A stretch of DNA of 64,000 nt from Candidatus Latescibacterota bacterium (GTDB lineage Bacteria; Latescibacterota; CBDEFO01). This document shows positions 16,231-26,644 of the stretch, in pieces; position 1 is the first letter of the stretch; every line of letters starts with the position of its first letter. The position numbers were made by a program, and so were the translations under genes. Below the pieces are notes generated by a model. That model worked only from the letters and a program-made list of their open reading frames with translations. It was not told the DNA's origin and did no database searches. The DNA is taken from positions 640,001 to 704,000 of the forward strand of contig CBDEFO010000008.1 of the NCBI GenBank assembly GCA_965237525.1, written 5' to 3'.

Positions 16231-19200
16231 TTATTCTCCGACAACTGCAAATTTACCTCGTCTTATGTCCCCATTGTCTTCTACTATATATAGATATATA
16301 CCCGATCCTACGGTCTCTCCGTTCTCATTTCTGCCATCCCATTCGACTCCGCCGTCTCCTTCCTGATCGATTAGTGTCCGTAATAGGGAACCGTCCGAGG
16401 TATATATGTTGACCGTCGCACTCAGCGCTAAGTTCCCGAATATGAGCTCGGACCGTCCGACGCTCGGCAATCTGAAGGGATTTGGGAAAACAACTACATT
16501 ATTAATATCACCCGCTGCGATCCTGATAGTTTCAGCGTCGGATACGATCCTGTCCGATTCATCCTTTAGATTATCGACCGAGAGCACATATGTCTGGCCG
16601 TAAGATAGAAGGGGCGTATCCTGGCTTAGAGTCAGTATCACTTTCCTTCTATCCGAAGAATCCACCTTCGCTGACTCTATCAGTATCCCATCTGATGTGC
16701 TGCGACCGCTCCGTATCGAATAGAGAGAGACTTTATTGGAAAGGGGATCTATCTTGTCGCTGAAAGTTATTTCTATTTTCGTGCGCGAGAGAGTCTGTAA
16801 AGAGGCGATCTTTACGGCTGAATTCTCTCTTTTCAGGACGGAGAAGGAGACTTTGTTGTGATCTTTTATCTCTGAGCCGAACAGATCCCTTACACCCGTG
16901 ACTTCCAAAACGTAGCCCGAATCTGGAGGAATTGGATTCTCAAATCCCAGGACGACCCTCATCCCCTCTCTATCTAAGACAGTGGAACTCGGAGATCCTA
17001 TCTTATCTGATACGTTGTAATGTCCGGGTGACTTGGCCGAAGGTCCCAAAGGTTCATTGAAGATCGCCTCGATATGGTTTTTGGTTATAGCGTTAGCCGA
17101 AATCAGCCTCGGCGCAGCACTGGCCACTCCAGCTACGATGTCCGACAATCGCCCCTCAGAGGGAGGCGCATTAGAATCTAAAGACGAGATAGCGTAAAAG
17201 TATGTGATATCGGTCACAAGCCCAGCGTCTATGTAGAAGGGATCCGAGACTCCGTCCGCTATCAGAGTCAGATCATCTCTGTTACTACCTCTGTAGACTC
17301 TATACGATCCGCTTCCTCCCTCCCACGATAGTCTAACCCTTGTCGAATCCACCACAGAGACAGTCAATCCACCCGGCGGAGAGATTCCGCCTCTTGGAGC
17401 GTCCATCTCGTATATCCTTACAGCCCCGTCCCTGTTGAACATCACCTCTGGAAGACCGTCTCTGTCGAGGTCGCCGATAACGGGGAGGAACGTCAGATCC
17501 ACATCTATGTACCATACAGGACTGTAGCTGTCAGGGGCCTTGCTATCGAATAGATAGAGGTTCGGGAGTGCGCATACTGCAAACTCGTCCTCTCCGTCCC
17601 CGTCAAAATCTCCGGTAGATATTCCATTTCCCGGAGACTGAACCCCCAATATCTCCTGCTGCCATTCGACCTCGTAGCTGTCCTCTTTGGTAGATTGGTA
17701 GACGGAGATCCTCCACCTGCTCCCTCTTGGATCGAAAGGATCTGTGAACCTCCTGCCGACTATAAACTCTATCTTCCCATCTTTATCTATATCGCTTCCT
17801 CCCCCGACGATCCTGGCGTCAGAATGAGGGACACTCTCAGACCACGTCTTTCTGAACAGATCGTCCCCTCTGCTTTCGTATATGTACACGTCTCCGTCCG
17901 AATCGCCCGCTAAGATCTCTCCCTTTCCGTCGCCATCGAAGTCTCCCAGTACAAAGCGCGGCCCGATCTGGTTTTCGCCGCTCGTGAAGTTCGTCATTGA
18001 TCCCACAGTCTTGAACGAATTGTCCCCATCGCTTTCAAAGACGACTACGGCTTTGTCTATGTTGGAACGAGCTATGATCTCATACTGTCCGTCACCGTCT
18101 ATATCGCCCAATTCTCCGCCCCACATATCCTTTGCCTCCCATATCTTCCTCGTCGGAAAGGAGTTTGTACGATCTCCTTCAAATATCCTGAGCCTTGCAG
18201 AGTCGACGCCCATCAGCTCAAGCTTACCGTCTTTGTCTATATCCCCTATGTTCCAGGGAAGAAAGAGGTTCCTGCTTGAAAATTCTTTGGCGATGCCCCC
18301 ATCTGGCTGCACCTCATAGATTGTTGTAATGTCGTACGTGCTGTCCGTATAGGGCATCAGAGCTATCTCCATATTCCCGTCGTTGTCGAAGTCCGACGTC
18401 CTGTTAGACAGATATCCGTCGGGCAGAGACCACGCCTGTGAATATCCCCCCTGCCTGATATTTTCTCCTTCCAAGGTCACAGTTCCCCTCGAACTTGAGG
18501 ACAAAAGCCCTCCTGGGTTCTGAGCAGACACAAAAAAGGAATAATCCCCAGGTTCTATCTCATCGGGTATCCTTACGGAATGAAAATCGGTCTGATTGGG
18601 CGCTCCCAGAATTTCTGGATCTCCCGATTGTCCGTTACGAGTTAATGTCAGCGTTCCAGTCGTCGGATCGTCCGTCCTCCACTCCACAAAGTAGGCAACT
18701 TTGTTCCCGTCCAACCTTTTGGCTATGGAGATATCCCTTATCTGCGGGGCACTGTGATCCACCCTGACGACTACCCTGTCCTCCACTGCCGATCCATCTA
18801 TAAGGAACGCTCTCAATCTCACCACATAGAGTGAAGCTTCAAGCCTCGACGTATCCCAGAAAGTCAGGGTATCTTCCAAAGCTGTTGTTCCTACCGCTTC
18901 GAACAATTTATTCCAGCTTTTCGGATCGCTTCCCCTGCCCCAGCTTACCTCGTAAGAAGTGATGCCTTCTCCCAGTACGGTCCCCACTATGGCCGCGCCC
19001 AAGTCCGCTCCTCCTCCAGTCTCTGGCTTGGATATTCGAACTGTAAATGGAGAATTCTGGGAAAGCGCCTTTTCGACATCTATTGCCCCCGATCCTGAGC
19101 GGGCGTCCCATCCCTCCCCGCTTGAATCTATCGGGGACCGAATATCGAGCGCAGACGAAGCTACGGCCATCCGCAGCTCCTCCGGCGAAAGCCCGGGATC

Positions 19201-20442
19201 CTGGCTAAGCAAAAGTCCCGCCAGGCCCGATACAAAAGGAGCCGCCATAGATGTTCCGGAAAGCAGAACGTATCCTCCTCCCAGGCCAGCGCTGATGATC
19301 GCAACCCCCGGGGCGACTACATCCAAGTTCCATCCGAAATTGGAAAAGGAAGCCACTTGGCTCCTCACATCGATCGCCCCTACAGCTATAGTTTTGTCGA
19401 AACCCGCCGGATAGAAGAGACTCTCCTCAGCTTCATTCCCGGAAGATGCTACTAAAACGACGCCCAATTGATATGCGTACTCTATAACGTCCCTCATAAG
19501 AGGAGAGGGCCTGGGGTCTCCCCAGCTCATGTTTATCACATCTGCTCCATTATCTGCGGCATAGACTATGGCTGAGGCTACATCGTCGTCCTCAAGGAAG
19601 GCTCCCAGGCTCAGGTTCAGTCCTGCTCGCAAGGCCATAATTCTGCAATCTGGACAGACCCCCGCTATCCCCAGGTTATTGTCCACCACAGCTCCAGCTA
19701 TCCCGGCCACGTGCGTCCCGTGGCCCGACTCGTCCATCGGATCGTTGTCTGGCTCCAGGTAGTCGCCTACTCCCGGAAGTGTAGGGGCGTCAGTGAAGTC
19801 CCATCCCCTTATGTCATCTACATATCCGTTCCCGTCGTCGTCAACGCCCTCACTTCCTGATGCCTCTTTTAGGTTAATCCATATATTATCTTTCAGGTCC
19901 TCGTGATTGTAATCCACGCCTGAGTCTACTATTGCTATGATCACGCCTCCGCCTCTTGAGAATTTCCCCCTCGCTTTCTCCCAGCCGATAGCTCTCAAGC
20001 CCCACTGATCCTTATATTTTGGATCTTTCGGAGCTGTGTGATAGCGATTCAGATAGTTGGGCTGAGCGTATTCGACATAGCTTTCACTCTCATATTCCTC
20101 TATGGCATCTTCAACATCAGATGACACATCCATCCTCAGCTTATATATATAGTCCAATCCTCCCACTACAGGTTTGCCGATCCCTTTCCCGCTTCCATAG
20201 CGCGGGAAAAGTTCCTCCTCTGAGAACACTTTGAATTTCTCAGACATGCTGTCCCACTCCGCTGCCGCCTGGGACGACATCTTGGCACTTCCCGCCTTGA
20301 GCTTCACAATCAGTTCACCCGGAGCGTACCCCTCTGCTATAGCCTCCGAGACTTCATCGGATAGTGCTAACGATATGAATCCACAGACGAGCGCCTGCGC
20401 TGTAAGAGCTAACAGTACGATCCTTATCGCTATATCCCTCAT
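16231..20442 (-). CDS. Secreted S8 subtilase with FG-GAP/VCBS repeats, FN3/Ig-like domains and FlgD-Ig C-terminal domain
   Basis: Catalytic 'IVDSG', 'HGTHVAG', 'SGTSMAAP'; repeated 'GDxDGDGxxE'; C-terminal 'VFPNPF...WDGRNENGETVGSGIY'. Confidence 0.93.
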   Translation of the reverse strand: MRDIAIRIVLLALTAQALVCGFISLALSDEVSEAIAEGYAPGELIVKLKAGSAKMSSQAAAEWDSMSEKFKVFSEEELFPRYGSGKGIGKPVVGGLDYIYKLRMDVSSDVEDAIEEYESESYVEYAQPNYLNRYHTAPKDPKYKDQWGLRAIGWEKARGKFSRGGGVIIAIVDSGVDYNHEDLKDNIWINLKEASGSEGVDDDGNGYVDDIRGWDFTDAPTLPGVGDYLEPDNDPMDESGHGTHVAGIAGAVVDNNLGIAGVCPDCRIMALRAGLNLSLGAFLEDDDVASAIVYAADNGADVINMSWGDPRPSPLMRDVIEYAYQLGVVLVASSGNEAEESLFYPAGFDKTIAVGAIDVRSQVASFSNFGWNLDVVAPGVAIISAGLGGGYVLLSGTSMAAPFVSGLAGLLLSQDPGLSPEELRMAVASSALDIRSPIDSSGEGWDARSGSGAIDVEKALSQNSPFTVRISKPETGGGADLGAAIVGTVLGEGITSYEVSWGRGSDPKSWNKLFEAVGTTALEDTLTFWDTSRLEASLYVVRLRAFLIDGSAVEDRVVVRVDHSAPQIRDISIAKRLDGNKVAYFVEWRTDDPTTGTLTLTRNGQSGDPEILGAPNQTDFHSVRIPDEIEPGDYSFFVSAQNPGGLLSSSSRGTVTLEGENIRQGGYSQAWSLPDGYLSNRTSDFDNDGNMEIALMPYTDSTYDITTIYEVQPDGGIAKEFSSRNLFLPWNIGDIDKDGKLELMGVDSARLRIFEGDRTNSFPTRKIWEAKDMWGGELGDIDGDGQYEIIARSNIDKAVVVFESDGDNSFKTVGSMTNFTSGENQIGPRFVLGDFDGDGKGEILAGDSDGDVYIYESRGDDLFRKTWSESVPHSDARIVGGGSDIDKDGKIEFIVGRRFTDPFDPRGSRWRISVYQSTKEDSYEVEWQQEILGVQSPGNGISTGDFDGDGEDEFAVCALPNLYLFDSKAPDSYSPVWYIDVDLTFLPVIGDLDRDGLPEVMFNRDGAVRIYEMDAPRGGISPPGGLTVSVVDSTRVRLSWEGGSGSYRVYRGSNRDDLTLIADGVSDPFYIDAGLVTDITYFYAISSLDSNAPPSEGRLSDIVAGVASAAPRLISANAITKNHIEAIFNEPLGPSAKSPGHYNVSDKIGSPSSTVLDREGMRVVLGFENPIPPDSGYVLEVTGVRDLFGSEIKDHNKVSFSVLKRENSAVKIASLQTLSRTKIEITFSDKIDPLSNKVSLYSIRSGRSTSDGILIESAKVDSSDRRKVILTLSQDTPLLSYGQTYVLSVDNLKDESDRIVSDAETIRIAAGDINNVVVFPNPFRLPSVGRSELIFGNLALSATVNIYTSDGSLLRTLIDQEGDGGVEWDGRNENGETVGSGIYLYIVEDNGDIRRGKFAVVGE

Positions 20443-20490
20443 ATTGCTCCTATCTTCAAGACACCCTGTTGAATCTCTATTATATTAGTT

Positions 20491-20519
20491 ATATTAGTGA
20501 AATCAAGGACATATGTCAA
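20491..20519 (-). promoter_or_regulatory. Sigma70-type promoter for the S8 protease gene
   Basis: TTGACA-N17-TAATAT on the minus strand. Confidence 0.55.
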
Positions 20520-20541
20520 ATCTAAAAAAGACAACAAGAAA

Positions 20542-20566
20542 CCGCCTTTGGAAGGTTAAAAGGCGG
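20542..20566 (-). terminator. Probable intrinsic terminator
   Basis: CCGCCTTT...AAAGGCGG stem followed by a T-rich tract on the minus strand. Confidence 0.55.
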
Positions 20567-20610
20567 CTGAAGAGATATGGGATACTACCTGTAAGGGGAT
20601 ATAGTGTCGT

Positions 20611-21300
20611 TTATGGTATTCTCCCTTGGATTGCTAAATTAAGGAAAACTTGTTGCTTTATATGACCCCAGGTGTGGGATGACACAGCCGAGGGGCGAAT
20701 TGCATCCTGTTTTTCGACACGTTTACCGTCAATTATTGCGTACAATACTCTCAGCTTGTTCTGAAAAGAAGGGAAGTCTGAAAGAATAAATGCTATAGTG
20801 GATCGTCTCAGGCCAAAGAATTGGATAAAATTTGCATCCCTTTGGTCGTATGCTTGTTCGTGGCCTAAAAAAATAAAATTGAATTGAAGGATAGGAAGAT
20901 TTACAATCGCTCTTCTTACCATAGTGTCGCCGTTATGTTCTGGAATAGCATAGAGCCCCTCGATGTAAGGGCTAAAATTATAGAGAGAGCTCGGTATCCT
21001 GCGAGCGCTCCATCAGACGACCATCCTCAGCAAACCGAACCTTCTTGCCTGCTAGAAAGAAATAGGGCGCCCGCGGAAAGTCATACCCCAGGTCACTGAA
21101 CACATAATAGGTGTGCCTGTCAATCTCTTCGGTATGTGTAATTGTGATCGTTACCTCAGTAAGTGCAACCCTCAGTGAGTCCGGTATGGGATCGATCTCA
21201 GGCTTGATCAAATCGAGATCATTGAAGTAGCTGTGACTGTAGGTCCAACTAATTCCCCACCGCCAAGGGCAGGAAATCCTCAGGGTTATAGTCTTGTCCC
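20611..21300 (-). pseudogene. Frameshifted gene for a secreted protein with 'PLAVGNSWTY' N-terminal motif and 'TWGxIK' C-terminal motif
   Basis: Three frames join by frameshifts (near 21250, and in a CT repeat near 20985): 'DFLPLAVGN/SWTY...'; ends 'SAVSSHTWGHIKQ'; 5' boundary approximate. Confidence 0.6.
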
Positions 21301-21362
21301 CACGTCATATTTGCTACCCACAACTGCGCTACTACGAAAAACGCAAATCTTTTCATTTAGCA

Positions 21363-22574
21363 CTATACTAACCGTATAAGCGCAATCTCAGGCGGGCAGT
21401 TCAGCCTGACCGGAGTGCCCGTCACGCCCACTCCTCTTGAAAGATAAAGATGACTCTTTCCCTTCCTGTATAGCCCTTCTATATATTCTGTGACGAGCAT
21501 CGCAGGACACCACTTCAGACCCAGAAACTCAAGCACGACCTGACCGCCGTGTACGTGCCCCGATAAGGTCAGGTCGATCCCCCTTTGGACCGCATAAGGA
21601 AAATACCAGGGCTTGTGGCAGAGCAAGATCTTGGGATCTTCGTGAGAAGCCCTCCTCAGAGCTATATCCATCTCATCGTCCACTCTTCTCGTCCTGTTGT
21701 CCACGCCTATTATATTGATCCTATTCCCCTTAACATCCAAGACCTCCGCTTCATTCCTCAGAATACGGACACCTGATCTTTCCAAACTCGCTGCTATCTC
21801 CTCGGGGTCAACCCAATGATCGTGATTGCCAAGGCACCCGTAGATGCCGTATTTTGACCTCAATCGGGACAGGGCTTCCTCGCACGGGGGGATATACCTT
21901 GTCGAATGAGATACAAAATCTCCTGTCAGAGTTACAATGTCTGCCTCAAGCCCGTTCGTTATAGCGACCACCTCATCTAAGTTTTCCTTGTCCACAAATA
22001 TGCCCGAATGAAAGTCGGTTACGTGAGCGATTTTAAGCCCGTTAAGAGCGTCAGGCAGGTTCTCAAGCTCTACCTCAACGTTTGTGACATCGTACTTCTT
22101 AGATTGGTGCAAGGCTCCGTAAGTGGAAGAAATAAAAGGAGAAGACGCCACACCGAAGGAGAGTTTCTTGATGAAGTTTCGTCTGCTTACCGAATTTATA
22201 GGCGAAAATTTCCTCTCGCTTGAATGCAGGGACAAGCTGGCACTGCCCCTACGAATTATCTTCAAGATACCATCCTTGATTAAAAGAGCCCAATCGTTTA
22301 GAAGCAGAAAGGGCAGAAGAATTAAAGATCCTGTGGTCCACACCGCAAAGGGAAATATCACAGCCCAGATTGTCCATTCGGGAAATAGATTCTGAGAATT
22401 TCTCCAGAAGAACAGAAATAACCAGGGCAGATTCATATAGACAAAAAACGTAGCGGTCAGGCTTTTAAAGTTGCCGTATTCCTCTGCAAAAGCCACCACC
22501 TTGCGATAGATATAGTATTGACTCCCTACCATAAGACCTGCAAATGCCAGCGCGCCTATAATTCTCCCGATCAA
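21363..22574 (-). CDS. Membrane-anchored metallophosphoesterase (YkuE-like)
   Basis: 'TDFH', 'LTGDF', 'LGNHDH', 'LCHKP', 'LSGHVHGGQ', 'RLNCPPEI'; three N-terminal TM segments. Confidence 0.93.
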   Translation of the reverse strand: MIGRIIGALAFAGLMVGSQYYIYRKVVAFAEEYGNFKSLTATFFVYMNLPWLFLFFWRNSQNLFPEWTIWAVIFPFAVWTTGSLILLPFLLLNDWALLIKDGILKIIRRGSASLSLHSSERKFSPINSVSRRNFIKKLSFGVASSPFISSTYGALHQSKKYDVTNVEVELENLPDALNGLKIAHVTDFHSGIFVDKENLDEVVAITNGLEADIVTLTGDFVSHSTRYIPPCEEALSRLRSKYGIYGCLGNHDHWVDPEEIAASLERSGVRILRNEAEVLDVKGNRINIIGVDNRTRRVDDEMDIALRRASHEDPKILLCHKPWYFPYAVQRGIDLTLSGHVHGGQVVLEFLGLKWCPAMLVTEYIEGLYRKGKSHLYLSRGVGVTGTPVRLNCPPEIALIRLV

Positions 22575-22598
22575 CTCTTATCACCTGGACCTTTCTAC

Positions 22599-22760
22599 GA
22601 GATTGGTTCCGCTTCGCGTCTCCTTCGGGGTGGCTTGGCTCGCAATGACAGTTTAGGGCGTTCGTAATAATGTGACTGGCTTTGGGCTTCAACAGGACAG
22701 ACGAAAATGTCTATCCTACTACCAAGCACAGTGGGTCAGACCTCCTGTCTGACGAAGCAA
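22599..22760. repeat. Cluster of REP/MITE-like palindromic repeats
   Basis: 32-bp copy of 5119-5150; CTCGCAATGACA; GACAGAC..AATGTCTATCCTAC and GGGTCAGAC..CCT.TCTG, both also at 43899-43960. Confidence 0.75.
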
Positions 22761-22762
22761 TC

Positions 22763-23278
22763 TCACTTTCTTTCGCCTTTAGGTTTTGCAAAGAGCGGAA
22801 GCGAACGGTCCGTCTCGGCCTCTATTTTCCGGTGGCAGGAGTGACACACACAGATCAGGTTCTCCAGCCTGTTCGCTTCCACGTTCGACTTGAACATCCG
22901 GTATGGCAGAATGTGATGCACGTCCAACTGCTTTCCCAATTCTTTCTCCGTGGCACCGCATGTTTGGCAAGTGTAAAGGTCCCTTTCTCTTGCCTGTTGA
23001 GCCTGAGATTCCCAGTTCCCCCCTCTTTTGTCAGGGTGCCCGTCTAAACGGATAAGGGGCTCCTTATCCGCCTCCCTTTTCCATTTCTCGAAACACTCGC
23101 TGTCACAAAAATGGAGCTTCAGTCCATGCTTGACGTACCATTCGGGCATCTGGACAAGCTTTGAACAATAGCTACAAGGGACATCTAACATCTGATCCTT
23201 CGTCACATCCGCACCCGGAAACTCGAAAGTCATCTGATCGGAGAGAGAGTCCGTTTCATTTAATTTACATATCGACAT
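22763..23278 (-). CDS. HNH endonuclease with N-terminal Zn-finger
   Basis: 'CSYC...FCDSEC'; 'RDLYTCQTCG...LDVHHI...NLICVCHSCH'. Confidence 0.88.
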   Translation of the reverse strand: MSICKLNETDSLSDQMTFEFPGADVTKDQMLDVPCSYCSKLVQMPEWYVKHGLKLHFCDSECFEKWKREADKEPLIRLDGHPDKRGGNWESQAQQARERDLYTCQTCGATEKELGKQLDVHHILPYRMFKSNVEANRLENLICVCHSCHRKIEAETDRSLPLFAKPKGERK

Positions 23279-23537
23279 GACTACCTGGTAGCAAGTCTGG
23301 GAAAAACTCCGTTTATCCCGCGTTCGGGTTATTCGATTCTGCCGTTAGTCAGGTTCAGCGGTATGGAAAGGGGGGGCTCTGATGCATCTCTTGCAGACGT
23401 CTCCTCAGGGACAAAGGATATATCCACAGGAACATCTACTACGTCAGCGGGGATATTTATTATAGGGCCTCTGGCCGGCGATATTATCACCTCCCGGTCG
23501 TCGGTGGTTGAAAAGACTATTATCCTGAGCGTATTAG

Positions 23538-25056
23538 AAGCCTTGTGAAATAGTTATGTCCCAGGCAGCGTCTGAAGCGCCGATTATGGGTCAAAGAGAA
23601 GCATATCGTATCGTTTTGCTGTGGAATAAGCAAAATAGTCTTATCAGAGTTCTGGTCAGCAAGGAACAGGAGCTGTTTGAAGAACAGGATGCACTGTCTT
23701 TGACAGGCAGGGCACACATAGACGCTTTCCCCCTTCTTATGAAAGATACAAGCCTCTTGAGATTCTGTACTGTTGCAACAAGATTCAACTGTTCATTCAG
23801 TGAGGCTGGTCCTCTATAACGGGCTCGTCCCATACCGTGTTGTTGCCTGGCTTCAGCAAAGATATGTTCACTGCGTTTACGGAGTCTCCGGGAGAGTTTG
23901 TAGTCAGCTGTTAATGAGATAGACCGTGCATGATTTCTGGCTTTCGCCTCTCGCACTTTTCTATCCCGTTCGGCCTGAATATGTGCTGGATTTGTCTTGT
24001 TTTTCCATGTAGGAATCGGTTCAATCTTCTCATCGGCTCGCAGAGGAATATGGGGTATGATTCCCCGGTCAAGTACATCAGCGATAAAATTACCAGAACC
24101 GTAACCGGTATCGGCACTAAGTGTCTGAATGTCTTTGGGCATGGTGTATGTTTCAAGGTCATCTACCATCTTAAGGGCACTTTCGGGCTCTGCTGTCCCT
24201 GTCGCCTGCGTGCCCTGAGTCTCAAGGATTACTCTGCTTTTTGTGTCGATCAGATCATGGCCCATAAACGAGAGAAAAGCCCCTTTGCCCTTCGATTTGC
24301 TGTATAAGCGCGCGTCGGGGTCTGTAGTCGAACGGTGTGTTTGGTTCGTCCACTTTTCACCATGAAAGTCTTTATCCTGAGGATGCCCGGACCTACCCTT
24401 TGTCTTATCACCTTCAAAACCGATTCCCTTGAGATAATCATCAAGAGAAACAGGGGGTTCTATCGGCTCAATACTTTTCACTGAAGCATCAGCTTGTATC
24501 TGAGTGCCGTCGACACTAAGGTGTTTACCGCTCACAACACCGACATCTATGCAACACTGGACTACCTGACGCATTATCCGTTCAAACAACCCACTGGATG
24601 CCCACTTGTGATTGCGAAGCTTGTTGATCGTGCTCCTATCCGGAACCGCATCATCAAATGTCTGATGACAAAACAACCGATATGCCGCATGCATCCCCAC
24701 TTCCTGACAGAGCCGATTCTCACTCAAATTATACAGATAGCCAATAAGGATCATTCGAACAACTAATTCAGGATCAATACCGGGTCTGCCATTGTCAGGG
24801 CAATAACAATCTGATACAACGTCTCGTACAAATGAAAAATCAACTGCCTCATCAATCTGACGAAGGATATGATCCTCGGGAACTAAATCCTCCATCTGAA
24901 AATAGTGAAACATCGGATTTGTCTGTTCCTGCTTTTGTGGGGTCATTGTTTCCTCCATGTATAATATTATCAATAACATAATATAATACATCGGAGCTGC
25001 TTTATCAATGCTTGTTCTATACTACTTTCTGAATCTAAGGGTTTTTCACAAGGCTT
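23538..25056 (-). mobile_element. Complete 1519-bp IS1182-family insertion sequence
   Basis: 13-bp perfect TIR AAGCCTTGTGAAA (23538-23550 and 25044-25056); 4-bp target duplication TTAG (23534-23537 and 25057-25060). Confidence 0.92.
23591..24958 (-). CDS. IS1182-family transposase
   Basis: 'LVPEDHILR', 'GRPGIDP', 'VDGTQIQADAS', 'STTDPDARL', 'ADTGY', 'RKRSEHIFAE...GMGRARYRG'; start uncertain (24946-24991). Confidence 0.93.
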   Translation of the reverse strand: MEETMTPQKQEQTNPMFHYFQMEDLVPEDHILRQIDEAVDFSFVRDVVSDCYCPDNGRPGIDPELVVRMILIGYLYNLSENRLCQEVGMHAAYRLFCHQTFDDAVPDRSTINKLRNHKWASSGLFERIMRQVVQCCIDVGVVSGKHLSVDGTQIQADASVKSIEPIEPPVSLDDYLKGIGFEGDKTKGRSGHPQDKDFHGEKWTNQTHRSTTDPDARLYSKSKGKGAFLSFMGHDLIDTKSRVILETQGTQATGTAEPESALKMVDDLETYTMPKDIQTLSADTGYGSGNFIADVLDRGIIPHIPLRADEKIEPIPTWKNKTNPAHIQAERDRKVREAKARNHARSISLTADYKLSRRLRKRSEHIFAEARQQHGMGRARYRGPASLNEQLNLVATVQNLKRLVSFIRRGKASMCALPVKDSASCSSNSSCSLLTRTLIRLFCLFHSKTIRYASL

Positions 25057-25904
25057 TTAGATCCTATGAGATTAGAATCTATAAAGAATTCATCCGGAAC
25101 CCTTTCGGTCGTTTCAGGGTCCCCAAAGGTTATCTTGCTCATGTCAGCAGTTATGTCCATCTGGAGTCCGCGAACAGGTTCAGCATTATCCAATATGAGG
25201 GGGATTTGAATACTGTCCCCCGGATTTGCGTCTATCGTGGGGATCGAAAGCACTGTGACGCCTGAGACTACTTCTATGGTTTTGCTACCTGTCGACTGAT
25301 CTTTCCCGTCGCTGACTGTAAGGGTGATCGTGTATATTCCCGGTTGCAAAGGAGCTTGCCATTTTACTTCAGGAGACATGGATCCTTCAGGAAATGTCCC
25401 GCCGTCGCTGGTCCAACTGTAGTTAAGGAGATCATTTTCTGCATCAACGACCTCTGCGACGATGACGATTGTCTCTTCAGGTTTTACTTTGGCGCGCTCG
25501 GGTCGGATCGAGTTTATCTGAGGCGGGTTGTTGACAGGCCCTGTTGGGCTATCATCCCCTCCGCAGCTTAGAAATCCGAAGATCAAAAGACAGAAAAGGG
25601 CAAATAACGGTCGGGGCAATCTTTCAACTTTCATCTTTCCTCCCTAGAGATAAGAGATATTTCAATCCCTCTTTCTTCACGTTGTGGCCAGGAGCATCCG
25701 GGTGAATCTCTTAGGAAGCAGATCACACCGAAGACACAAGCTTATTAGCTTCCATCAAGGTACCAAGAAATCAACAACTTGTCAAGGGGAAAGTCGCCTC
25801 TTAGCTTGTATCCTGAAGGTACCGGATAAAGACACACAGTATCCACTTTCGACAGAATTAGATTGAAAAGATGAACATCGAGGTCTTCAGAATTCAAAAA
25901 GTAT

Positions 25905-25933
25905 TTGCAAAATGAATGCAAATTGTTTATATT
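25905..25933 (+). promoter_or_regulatory. Sigma70-type promoter for rpsU
   Basis: TTGCAA-N17-TATATT. Confidence 0.6.
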
Positions 25934-25992
25934 ATCTGTAGTTACTAAATATAGAGCTTCAAATTGCTAAGGAAAGGAGGGAGAATTTTTGC

Positions 25993-26181
25993 ATGGCTGG
26001 CGTTACTGTTAGAGAAAAAGAGCCATTTGAAAAAGCACTTAGAAGGTTCAAAAAGACCTGTGAGAAGGCTGGTATAATGTCCGATATAAAAAAGCACCAG
26101 CACTTTGAAAAGCCAAGTGAAAGACGGAAACGCAAGATTAATTCAGCAAAGCGGAGGAAGTTAAGATTCAGCTCATCCTAA
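25993..26181 (+). CDS. rpsU: 30S ribosomal protein S21
   Basis: 'VREKEPFEKALRRFKK...HFEKPSERRKRK'; AAGGAGG RBS. Confidence 0.97.
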   Translation: MAGVTVREKEPFEKALRRFKKTCEKAGIMSDIKKHQHFEKPSERRKRKINSAKRRKLRFSSS

Positions 26182-26447
26182 TGATAGGAAAGAGCACAAG
26201 GTAAGATTACTGGGATGCCAGATGCTATAAGCTATTTCTTTCCTGGCAGAGGTTTCTCGGTACTTCTGGGGCGCCTTTTGAATAGGCCTTTCGTGAACTA
26301 ACCTATTGTAACTCCCCGCGGTGGACGTTTCACTGCAAAGGAAGCTATAAGTTGTGTGCTAAAGCTTTGGATAGTACACAACTTTGGTTCTGACAAGCCT
26401 CAACGAAGTTGCAGTCCGTAGGCTCAATTTCGTCTTTCGCAGAAGCT

Positions 26448-26488
26448 ATGAAAAATGACCGGATCGAATGTGACCCGGTCATTTTCAT
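26448..26488. terminator. Long inverted repeat, probable terminator
   Basis: ATGAAAAATGACCGG...CCGGTCATTTTCAT. Confidence 0.7.
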
Positions 26489-26644
26489 TATGATCTTCTA
26501 TGGGCCAAAAAGCTATAGTTTGGGGGAAAACCTGTTAGCATGAGGTTACGAAGCTTAGCGTGTGGTAGTTCACATGCTGATGGACATCCAATACCTTCGG
26601 TCAAAAAAGACCGGAGGTTATTTTTTGCCTCCTTCAGAAAAAAG

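Larger units (their letters stand above)
23329..25634 (-). pseudogene. Lipoprotein with Ig/PKD-like and cohesin-like domains, interrupted by an IS
   Basis: Lipobox 'LSCG'; removing the IS and one TTAG rejoins '...IDSNLIGS/NTLRIIVFS...NLTNGRIE*' with stop at 23329-23331. Confidence 0.85.

Noticed and set aside
22763..23278. HNH gene as part of an intron or defence system
   Set aside because: No intron structure, methyltransferase or partner genes adjacent; treated as a stand-alone HNH
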